Assembly: GCA_036769705.1 (NCBI GenBank)
Contig: DAIPKP010000002.1
Span: 7,171-71,170 of the forward strand
DNA length: 64,000 nt
Source: Synergistaceae bacterium
GTDB taxonomy: Bacteria; Synergistota; Synergistia; Synergistales; Aminiphilaceae
Direction of reading: 5' to 3'
The notes beneath the pieces were generated by a model. The model was not told where the DNA came from. It was given only the letters and a program-made list of their open reading frames with translations, and made no database searches. A program made the translations under genes and the position numbers. Below, piece after piece: positions 45,988 to 53,946 of this stretch. The number at the start of each line of letters is the position of its first letter. The stretch's first letter is position 1.

Positions 45988-46036
45988 TCGTTTGCCATGG
46001 ATTTTTCACGCAAAACTCCGTTTTAAAGGGTGAGAA

Positions 46037-46924
46037 ATGCAAACGAAAACGAGCATTTTTAGGATTCTTTTTCTGAAAAGAATTATGATGGCGTTCCTTT
46101 TGCTTTGCGGAACCTCCTTAGGGATCTCTTTCGGGGAAAGCGAAAAACCCCAGATATGGGTCTCCAATCCCTGGATTGCCTACATAACATCCTTTGTAGG
46201 AGGGGAAGAGATTGTTGTGCATCCTCTCTCTGATTGGGAGGGTTACTCTCTATGTACAGAGCACTTTTCCCTGCCTTCCGGCGGAGTTATTATCGTTTTG
46301 GACCATAAAGAAGCCGAAAATATTCCGATTGCCTACGAGCTGCAAAATGTACGGTATCTTTTCGATCATATTCCCAGTTTATGGGGGAAGGCAAACCCCA
46401 TGTACCTGGATCCGCCTACCATGTCGCTTCTGGGGCAGAAAGTGCTTATCACTCTCTCTTCCCTTTTTCCAGAGCATTATGTTTATTTTCAGCGAAATCT
46501 TGCGGAATTTGAGTCTCGCATTGAAAGTACCGTGGATATGGGGCGAAAAATGTTGCAATCCGTGAAGGTTGTCAATTTGTCCGGGGTGTATGCTTTTTGG
46601 ATTAAGGCAGCGGCTTTTCAAGAAATTCGGCCTTCTCGTGAAAAAATGTCCCTGCTTATCAAAACGGAGGAAGAGGAAGGGGGCTCTCTTTTGATACAAA
46701 CTTTAGAAACTGCTCTTCTGAAAGGGCATCTGGTGATTACGGATCAAAGTATGCCAATAGAGTTTCAGGAGATGATAGAGCAGGAAAAAAACGGCCTTGT
46801 CTTATCGTATCCGCCTCTCTCCGAACCCCGAAGAGATTTTTTCCTTTTTCTTTATGAGCAATACCTTACCATCGTAAATCGTTACAATCAATTTCACGGG
46901 GAAACGAGAAAGACTGATTTTTAA
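46037..46924 (+). CDS. Secreted protein with ZnuA/TroA-like (cluster-9 solute-binding) sequence pattern, orphan
   Basis: Signal peptide LLLCGTSLG. VSNPWIAYITSFVGGEEIVV, NPMYLDPPTMSLLGQKVLITLSSLFPEHYVYFQRNLAEF resembles the DPHxWLxP...Y..N...F core of metal SBPs, but the His residues are replaced. Confidence 0.5.
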   Translation: MQTKTSIFRILFLKRIMMAFLLLCGTSLGISFGESEKPQIWVSNPWIAYITSFVGGEEIVVHPLSDWEGYSLCTEHFSLPSGGVIIVLDHKEAENIPIAYELQNVRYLFDHIPSLWGKANPMYLDPPTMSLLGQKVLITLSSLFPEHYVYFQRNLAEFESRIESTVDMGRKMLQSVKVVNLSGVYAFWIKAAAFQEIRPSREKMSLLIKTEEEEGGSLLIQTLETALLKGHLVITDQSMPIEFQEMIEQEKNGLVLSYPPLSEPRRDFFLFLYEQYLTIVNRYNQFHGETRKTDF

Positions 46925-46939
46925 TCTAAAATTCGAAGG

Positions 46940-46977
46940 AGAAAGGAGGAAAGTCTTTAAAGACCTTCCTCCTTTCT
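46940..46977. terminator. Bidirectional terminator-like long inverted repeat between convergent genes
   Basis: AGAAAGGAGGAAAGTCTTT / AAAGACCTTCCTCCTTTCT. The arms are 19 nt with one mismatch, centred on TTTAAA. Confidence 0.6.
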
Positions 46978-46995
46978 AGCTTTTATGCCTTGGGA

Positions 46996-48033
46996 TCAAG
47001 ATTCCAGAAGAATTTTCCCCGAGCCGTGGGTTATGCTACCAATTTTTTCGGCATAGGGGAATCCATATTGCCGAAGATGTTCTGCAAGAAGAGAACCGGT
47101 CCCGTTAGAAACGCTTAAAAGAAGTCCTCCGGAAGTTTGAGGGTCATAAAGTAGATCGTCCTCTCCGGGGCCCAAGGTTTCCTTGGAAAACACCCGATCT
47201 TCATAGGTCGTCTTATTATTGTATCCTCCCGCAGGAAGAAGTCCCATGGAGGCGTTTTCTTGAGCGCCCGGCAAAACCGGAATGCGTGAAAGTTTGAGTA
47301 CAGCTCCGGTAGAGGGAGAAAGCATGTCCAGCAGATGCCCAGCAATGCCAAATCCCGTTACGTCTGTAGAGGCGTGAATTGTAGAAATTTTTTCTTCCGT
47401 AAGAAGCGGAAGAATATTGTTCAGAGAGATCATGCTTGCAATAGCGGCTTCCTGGTGAGCTTTTTCCACCATATCGGCTTTAATGGCAGTTGCTATGATG
47501 CCTGTTCCCAAAGGTTTGGTAAGAACTAAATCATCTCCGGGAAGCGCCCCCTGAATGTTCCATATTCCTTCTTTTTCTACCTCTCCAAAAACGGCGAGAC
47601 CATATTTAGGTTCCTCGTCCTCCACGCTATGTCCTCCTGCAAGAACTCCTCCGGCCTCAAGAACTTTGGACTCTCCTCCTTCAAGAATCCGGCCAAGTGT
47701 TTCCAGGGGGAGGGTATTTACGGGGAAACAAACGATATTCAAGGCCAGAAGCACCTTTCCTCCCATGGCAAAAATGTCGCTCAAAGCATTGGCTGCCGCA
47801 ATTTGTCCCCAAATAAAAGGGTCGTCCACCACGGGAGTAATGAAATCAAGAGTAAAAATGCCAGCTCTTTTATCGTCCAAACTCCAAAGAGCTGCATCTT
47901 CTCCATGTTCCCAACCGCTGATCAGCAAAGGGTGTTGCGGATGAGAAAGGTTTTTCAAAACTGCAGAAAGGTCCGCCGGACCTATTTTAGCAGCTCACCC
48001 GCTTGTTCGAGACATTTCCGTAAGCCTCAACAC
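46996..48033 (-). CDS. selD: Selenide, water dikinase (selenophosphate synthetase), Sec-containing: in-frame TGA at 47997..47995
   Basis: The ORF-track part (from 47958) has DFITPVVDDPFIWGQIAAANALSDIFAMGG, GGHSVED, TKPLGTG, TDVTGFG and DPQTSGGLL. The upstream same-frame sequence gives LRLTEMSRTSG-TGA-AAKIGP, matching SelD RLTQYSHGAGCGCKISP. GGGAGG SD lies before GTG 48033. Alternative TTG starts are at 48063 and 48060. Confidence 0.88.
47961..47997 (-). promoter_or_regulatory. Putative bacterial SECIS element following the selD TGA codon
   Basis: On the minus strand: TGA, 11 nt, then AGGTCC-GGC-GGACCT (47983..47969). An outer CTGC (47993..47990) / GCAG (47964..47961) helix closes it. Confidence 0.6.
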
Positions 48034-48168
48034 CCTCACCTCCCTTTCAGTAATTTCCAACAAGTTCCTCACCTCCTTTCAAAAAACTTTTTTGTTTTTT
48101 TAAAAGATTTCCTCGGGGAATAGAGCTATCGTCCCGGGCACACTCTATATAGAATAGGAAAATTTTCT

Positions 48169-49155
48169 TCAGCGAAGATGGCAAACATCTCCGGAATGAA
48201 ATATCCTTTTCTCTCCATCCACAAGAAGTATCAAAGATCCTTCTTCAGTAACATCTTGTGCTTTGCCTTGGAGAGGTTCTCCTTGAGAAAAAAGAGAGAT
48301 TTCTTTCCCCAGGGTAGAACAGAAAGTTCGATAAGAATCCAGAAAGGCTTTAGCTCCGTCAGAAATTATGCTATGGTACTCTTTCATGAAATTCCTGTAG
48401 ATAGCAAGAAGCAATGTTTTTCGAGAAAGAGGCCTTCCCAAAATATCAAAAAGAGAAAGAGCCGTTCCCCGGATTGTTGGGGGAAAGGCTGCGTTTGGCG
48501 TATTTACGTTAACTCCTATGCCGACTACGGCATAACGGATAGAATCGGAATCACTCGCAGCCTCCGAGAGGATACCACAAATTTTTTTATTCCTGTAAAG
48601 AACATCATTGGGCCATTTCAAATCGCAGGTAAGGGAAGTACATTCTTTTATTCCACGAGAAACTGCTACTCCTGCTACAAGATTTAAAAGCTGGACATGT
48701 CCCGGAGGAAGAGAGGGCCTTAGAAGAACGGAAAAGTAAAGCCCTTTCCCTGGTGGCGAACTCCAGGATCGTGTTGTACGTCCCCGGCCTGCAGTTTGCG
48801 TTTCCCCCAATACGAGACTTCCCTCGGGAGCCCCTTTTTTGGCAAGTTCTTTCAAAACGCTTTGGGTACTTGAAAGGGAAGTAAAACACCATACTTTTCC
48901 GGAGGGAACAACATGCTGTATCTCCCACTCCAAAAGGAGCGGGTGCAGGGAATCTTTTTCGGAAAGCAAGCCGTATCCTTTTCTTTCCAGCGAAAAAACA
49001 GGAAACCCTGTTTTTCGTAAAAGATGAATATTTTTTGAAACTGCCTGCCGCGAGATGCCCAGTTTTTCCGAAAGAAAAGACCCGGAAAGCACTTCCTCCG
49101 GATGGGAAAGGAGCATTCTTGCAAGAGCTCGTTGATTTGGCGAAAAATCCGTCAT
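48169..49155 (-). CDS. birA: Bifunctional biotin--[acetyl-CoA-carboxylase] ligase / transcriptional repressor BirA
   Basis: N-terminal HTH FLSEKLGISRQAVSKNIHLLRKTG, the catalytic GRGRTTRSWSSPPGKGLYFSVLL, and KWPNDV. Confidence 0.9.
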   Translation of the reverse strand: MTDFSPNQRALARMLLSHPEEVLSGSFLSEKLGISRQAVSKNIHLLRKTGFPVFSLERKGYGLLSEKDSLHPLLLEWEIQHVVPSGKVWCFTSLSSTQSVLKELAKKGAPEGSLVLGETQTAGRGRTTRSWSSPPGKGLYFSVLLRPSLPPGHVQLLNLVAGVAVSRGIKECTSLTCDLKWPNDVLYRNKKICGILSEAASDSDSIRYAVVGIGVNVNTPNAAFPPTIRGTALSLFDILGRPLSRKTLLLAIYRNFMKEYHSIISDGAKAFLDSYRTFCSTLGKEISLFSQGEPLQGKAQDVTEEGSLILLVDGEKRIFHSGDVCHLR

Positions 49156-49304
49156 CGGAAAAGTCTCCTTCTTTGGGTTCTGTTGTTACGGATGTTATAC
49201 TTAGCCAGTACATACTACATGAAGAGCTTTGCCTCAGTTATTTTTAATTTTTTAAAGAAGCCGATAAAAATAGAAGGCTGTAAAATTCGATGGGAGGTTT
49301 CTGA

Positions 49305-50418
49305 GTGGCTATTATACCAATCTCCACGGTTATGGAGGAACTGCGTTTGCTTATAAGCGAATTGCAGGACAGTCTTTGACCTGGAAAGTGTACGCCGACG
49401 AAACGAAGAACTTTTAAAAATTATAGGAGAACAGGATTTCTGGGAAAAGGGAGACGCCCAGCATGTCACAAAAGAGCTATCTCTTCTTCAGGAGAGGGCG
49501 GAGCTTTTTAAAAGTGTTGCCGCAGAGTTTGAAGATCTTGAAACACTTGGAGAAATGCTCGGTGAAATGCTTGGCGAAATGAGTGATAACGAATTGGAAG
49601 AAGAGTTTTATTCCCGAAGCGATCTCCTGAAAAAAAAGATTCTTCAACAGCAGTTTCTCCTTTTATTGCAAGACGAACATGATTCCGGTAATGCTATCGT
49701 GAGTATTCATCCCGGAGCGGGAGGCCTCGATTCCCAAGATTGGGCGGAAATTCTTTACCGTTTGTATGTTCGATGGGCAGAAAAAGAAGGGTTCCAGGTA
49801 AAGTTGATCGATTATTTGCCTGATATGGAAGCGGGAATTCGTAGCGTCACATTCCAAATCAATGGTAAATATGCTTACGGATATCTTCAGGCAGAGCGGG
49901 GAATTCACCGCCTTGTGCGTATTTCGCCTTTTGATTCGGCAAAAAGGAGACATACGAGTTTTGCTTCGGTTGATGTAATTCCAGAACTTCCTGAAACCGC
50001 TTCGGTAGAAATTCGTTCGGAGGATCTTCGCGTTGAAACCTTCCGATCCAGCGGTGCGGGAGGACAACATGTTAATATGACGGATTCCGCAATCCGTATT
50101 ACTCATATCCCCACAAATATCGTGGTGGGGTGCCAAACTGAACGATCTCAGCATATGAATCGCCAAACTGCTATGAAGGTTTTGGAATCCAGGCTTTACG
50201 AGCGAATGAAAAAAGAACAACAGAGCCAGCTAGAGGCAATTCAGGGAGAGAAAAAAGAGAGTAGCTGGGGAAATCAAATCCGCTCGTACGTGCTGCATCC
50301 ATATACCCTTGTCAAAGATCACCGCACGGGATTTGAAATAGGCAACGTCCAATCCGTGCTCGATGGAAACATTCAACCTTTTATTATGGAGTATTTGCGT
50401 TGGAAAAAAAACGAATAA
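49305..50418 (+). CDS. prfB: Peptide chain release factor 2, expressed via programmed +1 frameshift: join(49305..49376, 49378..50418)
   Basis: Frame-0 leader V-AIIPISTVMEELRLLISELQDSL (24 codons, GGGAGG 7 nt before GTG 49305) ends at CTT TGA C. The +1 frame continues DLESVRRRNEELLKI..., then SPF (RISPFDS) and GGQ (SGAGGQHVN). Confidence 0.9.
49366..49380 (+). promoter_or_regulatory. prfB +1 frameshift site (internal SD-like AGGA, slippery CTT, TGA C)
   Basis: AGGA (49366-49369), CAGT, CTT (49374-49376), TGA (49377-49379), C (49380). Confidence 0.85.
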
Positions 50419-52226
50419 CCTCGGATCGGCAGCAAAGGATAAGGATCTTTCTCCTTTTTCCCCTACTGGGTTTCTTGTCTTTTTTGTGTATAACCTTGTT
50501 TTTTGATACGGGCGCTCTTGGGAAAGAAAAGGATGTCCCTTTTGTGCCTCGGACTCCGTTGCTGCAAATTTCGGAAGTTCGCCCAGGGATGAAGGGAGTA
50601 TTGAAAACCGTCATTTCCGGGACCTCGGTACAAGAAATTCCCGTAGAAATTCTCAGCGTAATTTCTCGGAAAGAAAAGCCTCATAATCTCATCCTTCTTA
50701 AAGCTTTCGGCCCTTTGGCGGATGCTTTGGGAGGAATTGCTTCGGGGATGAGCGGGAGTCCAGTTTATGTGGAAGGCAAACTTGTCGGCGCCATCGGGTA
50801 CGGCTGGGAATTTAGCGACCATCACTTTGCTCTTGCTACTTCCATTGAAGACATGATCAATATTTGGGATCAGAAATTTTCCAAAAACCCTGCAGCTTTT
50901 CCCGAGGAAGCGTTAACAGCTCTTTCTTTCGATGCTTCTTCTCTAAGCGGGGATATGTCTGTTTCACAGGATATTTTTCTTCAGGAGATACGACCGAAAT
51001 TTCAAGTTTTTCAAGGGGATGGTTTTAGCTCTCGGAGCAAAGCGGAGTTGGAACAAGCTTTCTCTTTGCGAATAGAAAAGGGGCTTTTTGAGAAAATTGA
51101 AAATTCTTCCGTATCCTATGAGAAAGCTCTTTCTCCCGGGAAAGCCATGGGGGCTCTTTTAGCATGGGGAGATGTTTCACTGGGGGCCATAGGAACGGTT
51201 TCTGCGGTGGATGCTCAAAATCGTTTCCTTGCTTTTGCCCATCCTTTTCTCAACCGAGGCTTGGTCGCATATCCTGTCAGTACTGCATATATCCATAGCG
51301 TTATTCCCAGCGTAGCCACGCCTTTCAAACTTGGCAGCATGGGGCCTTTGATAGGCATCATGACTCGCGACACATCTCAAGGAGTGGGAGGAATCTTCCA
51401 GGTTTTTGCTCCTTCGGTATCCTTCGAAGTGACGCTTAAAATGCCTCAAAGCGAAAAGATCAGCAAAAAACGTTTCCACGTTGTCAACGATCCCTACTTG
51501 GTTTCCGGGATTTCCGGCGCAGCTTTATTGGGGATTCTCGACAATCTTTGGGGACGAAAGGGAGAAGGAACGGCTTTTGTTACTTTTAAAGTAGATCGCA
51601 CCCCTTCTTTTCCGGGCTGGCAAAGAGAAGACATGTTTTTTTCCGATGAAGATATCGCCCAGAATTGCCTTAAGGACTCTCGGGATTTAATTCGTGTTTT
51701 CACGACAAACCCTTTTTTGAACATCTTTCCTCTAGGATTTTCTCTTGAAATTGAAATACTGGAAAATCCGCGTATCCTCTATATCGAAGATGTGGTCTTG
51801 AAACAAAAATCCGTGCAACCTGGAGAAAAGGTGGAAGCGCAGCTTTCCTTGCGTCCTTACAGGGGGAATCTTTTTACGAAAAGCGTTAGCCTGACTGTCC
51901 CGGAAGATTATGAAGGATCCTGTGAAGTGATAGTGCGGGGTGGAGGTATTGCCGAGATGGAACAGGAAGCGGTTCTTGACGGATGGAAAACTATCGCATC
52001 CATGGATCGTTTTCTCAAAGAGCTTGACGTTATGGAGTCAAATAATGAAATTGTGGTGGAACTTCTTTTGGATGAGCCTCCTTCCAAAGAGGAAGAAAAT
52101 CCTCATCCCTTTCTTAGCAATGTGATCACATCGAAAATTGATAAAGAGGAAATGCGGATTTTTCGTACGAACTATTATGTGGAAGGACTACTTCGCAGAA
52201 AAGTTCAAGTTAAGAAAGAGAAATAA
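50400..52226 (+). CDS. SpoIVB-type (S55 family) serine peptidase domain protein
   Basis: N-terminal TM segment. EVRPGMKGVLKTVISGTSVQEIPVEIL, and GIASGMSGSPVYVEGKLVGAIGYG (catalytic Ser context). 608 aa. The TTG start overlaps the prfB end by 19 nt. Confidence 0.7.
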   Translation: MEKKRITSDRQQRIRIFLLFPLLGFLSFLCITLFFDTGALGKEKDVPFVPRTPLLQISEVRPGMKGVLKTVISGTSVQEIPVEILSVISRKEKPHNLILLKAFGPLADALGGIASGMSGSPVYVEGKLVGAIGYGWEFSDHHFALATSIEDMINIWDQKFSKNPAAFPEEALTALSFDASSLSGDMSVSQDIFLQEIRPKFQVFQGDGFSSRSKAELEQAFSLRIEKGLFEKIENSSVSYEKALSPGKAMGALLAWGDVSLGAIGTVSAVDAQNRFLAFAHPFLNRGLVAYPVSTAYIHSVIPSVATPFKLGSMGPLIGIMTRDTSQGVGGIFQVFAPSVSFEVTLKMPQSEKISKKRFHVVNDPYLVSGISGAALLGILDNLWGRKGEGTAFVTFKVDRTPSFPGWQREDMFFSDEDIAQNCLKDSRDLIRVFTTNPFLNIFPLGFSLEIEILENPRILYIEDVVLKQKSVQPGEKVEAQLSLRPYRGNLFTKSVSLTVPEDYEGSCEVIVRGGGIAEMEQEAVLDGWKTIASMDRFLKELDVMESNNEIVVELLLDEPPSKEEENPHPFLSNVITSKIDKEEMRIFRTNYYVEGLLRRKVQVKKEK

Positions 52227-52241
52227 AAAAACAACCTTTTT

Positions 52242-52886
52242 ATGGTGAAAATCGATACGGGGGATACGAAAAACTCCATGTTTATTACGTTAGAAGGCAT
52301 TGATGGCTCGGGAAAAAGCACGCAACTTAAAAATATAACGGATTTTCTGGAAGAACGCATTCCTTCGCAATATCTTGTTACCCGGGAACCCGGCGGATGG
52401 GACGGAGGGAAATTGCTTAAGAAAGTTCTTTTGGAAACCCAGGATCTTCACGTAGTCACGGAGTGCCTTCTTTTTCTGGCGGATAGAAACGAACACGTTC
52501 AACGTGTTATTGCACCTGCCTTGAAACAGGGGCTTTGCGTTGTTTGTGAACGTTATATGGATTCTACCCAGGCTTATCAGGTTGGAAAAAATTGTGTATC
52601 AGAGGATTTCATGCGATGTTTCTCTGCATTTTTTTCTTTTCCTCTTCCGGACCTTACGCTCTTTTATTCCATTTCTCCGGAAGATGCCCTTAAGAGAATT
52701 TCCCAAAGAAGTTCTTTGGATACCATAGAAGCCCGGGGCATACATTTTCTTGAAAAAGTGGCAAATCAATATGAAGTGTTATGCCGGGATAATCCATTGA
52801 GAATGATTCAGATCGACGCATCCGCTTCTTCCGAAATGGTATGGGAGAACACAAAAAAAATCCTTGAAGAGAGGCTTCACCTTTGA
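52242..52886 (+). CDS. tmk: Thymidylate kinase
   Basis: FITLEGIDGSGKSTQ, TREPGG, LFLADR and DRYMDSTQAYQ. ATG 52278 (MFITLEG) is an alternative start. Confidence 0.88.
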   Translation: MVKIDTGDTKNSMFITLEGIDGSGKSTQLKNITDFLEERIPSQYLVTREPGGWDGGKLLKKVLLETQDLHVVTECLLFLADRNEHVQRVIAPALKQGLCVVCERYMDSTQAYQVGKNCVSEDFMRCFSAFFSFPLPDLTLFYSISPEDALKRISQRSSLDTIEARGIHFLEKVANQYEVLCRDNPLRMIQIDASASSEMVWENTKKILEERLHL

Positions 52887-53320
52887 AAATTCAAAGACGA
52901 AAAAACGAAGAGAAAGGGGACACGCGGAAAACTGTAATTTCGAGAGGATCCAGGGAAACCATGGCTTCCGAACCTCTCGTCTCCAAAACTTTTGATTCGG
53001 TTTTTTCAACTTCGGAAGTTGAAGTTCTTCTTCAGGAAGTGGACAATCTTTCGCGCCACCTTTTTCTCTTTCCCTCAAAAACGCTTCTTGGTAAATATCG
53101 TGAAGCCGTACAATTAGTCCTTTACAAAGCGGAAGAACGAATGAAGCTCCGAAAAGATTATAAATGGCGGAGGACAAATCGCTCCGTATATGTCACCATT
53201 GAAAAAACAGAAAAACTCCTTGAAGAAATAGAGGTCGTATTAACAAGAGCCGGGGAAAGAAACAGGCTTTCCCGATTGCTAGATGAGGTAAAGGGATGTC
53301 TTATCTCCTTGATGATTTGA
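52883..53320 (+). CDS. YaaR/DUF327 family protein
   Basis: 145 aa. The N-terminus MKIQRR and the overall length resemble Bacillus YaaR. Synteny tmk-yaaR-holB-yaaT. TTG start overlaps the tmk stop. Confidence 0.7.
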   Translation: MKIQRRKNEEKGDTRKTVISRGSRETMASEPLVSKTFDSVFSTSEVEVLLQEVDNLSRHLFLFPSKTLLGKYREAVQLVLYKAEERMKLRKDYKWRRTNRSVYVTIEKTEKLLEEIEVVLTRAGERNRLSRLLDEVKGCLISLMI

Positions 53321-53946
53321 AAAATGATGTAAACTGGAATCTCTTTTATACTGCATGGGAAAAGGAACGTTTTTCTCATGCTGTGGCATTTCGGCTTCCC
53401 GAGGGAAGAATGGAAGCTTTTCTGGATATTCTTCAGAATCTTTTTTTAGGAAAAGGTCTTTCTGAAAAATCCCCTCCAGCTTCCCCGGATATTCATATTA
53501 TCGGGGATATAAAGAGTCCTCCAAGTATTGATATGTGCAGAATGCTTGCTTCGGAACTCTCTTTTTTCCCCCTTTGCCTGAAACATAAAATTGGCATTGT
53601 CTGTCATGGAGATGCTTTATCCCTTCCAGGGGCAAATAGCCTTTTAAAGATAACCGAAGAGCCTCCGGAACACTGCCTACTTGTTTTTCTCTATTCTCAA
53701 CGGACATTGCTTCCTACTCTTGAAAGCAGAGTTTGGAATCTTCCTCTTTCCCTGAAAAGCGAGAAAAAAAGAGAGCCGCTTTTTTTGGGGAAAAAGGATG
53801 GGACTCCTTCTCAAAAACTGGAGATAGAGTTCCTGGAAAAGATTTACGAAAAGGGCTTGCTTACAAAGCCTCTTGCGGAAGATATGCTTTGCTTGATAAT
53901 GAAGGAGGACTATTCTTTTGGAGAAGTATTTAATAGTATATGGTAA
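53296..53946 (+). CDS. holB: DNA polymerase III delta' subunit-like protein (short form)
   Basis: FSHAVAF, ANSLLKITEEPPEHCLLVF and LPTLESRVW (the SRC-motif position). Only 216 aa, with no P-loop or Zn module. Confidence 0.65.
   Translation: MSYLLDDLKNDVNWNLFYTAWEKERFSHAVAFRLPEGRMEAFLDILQNLFLGKGLSEKSPPASPDIHIIGDIKSPPSIDMCRMLASELSFFPLCLKHKIGIVCHGDALSLPGANSLLKITEEPPEHCLLVFLYSQRTLLPTLESRVWNLPLSLKSEKKREPLFLGKKDGTPSQKLEIEFLEKIYEKGLLTKPLAEDMLCLIMKEDYSFGEVFNSIW

Noticed and set aside
49156-49304. Search for a BirA operator or other palindrome in the divergent birA-prfB region
   Set aside because: I found no extended inverted repeat resembling a bio operator. There are only AT-rich promoter-like stretches, and no bio genes are adjacent.
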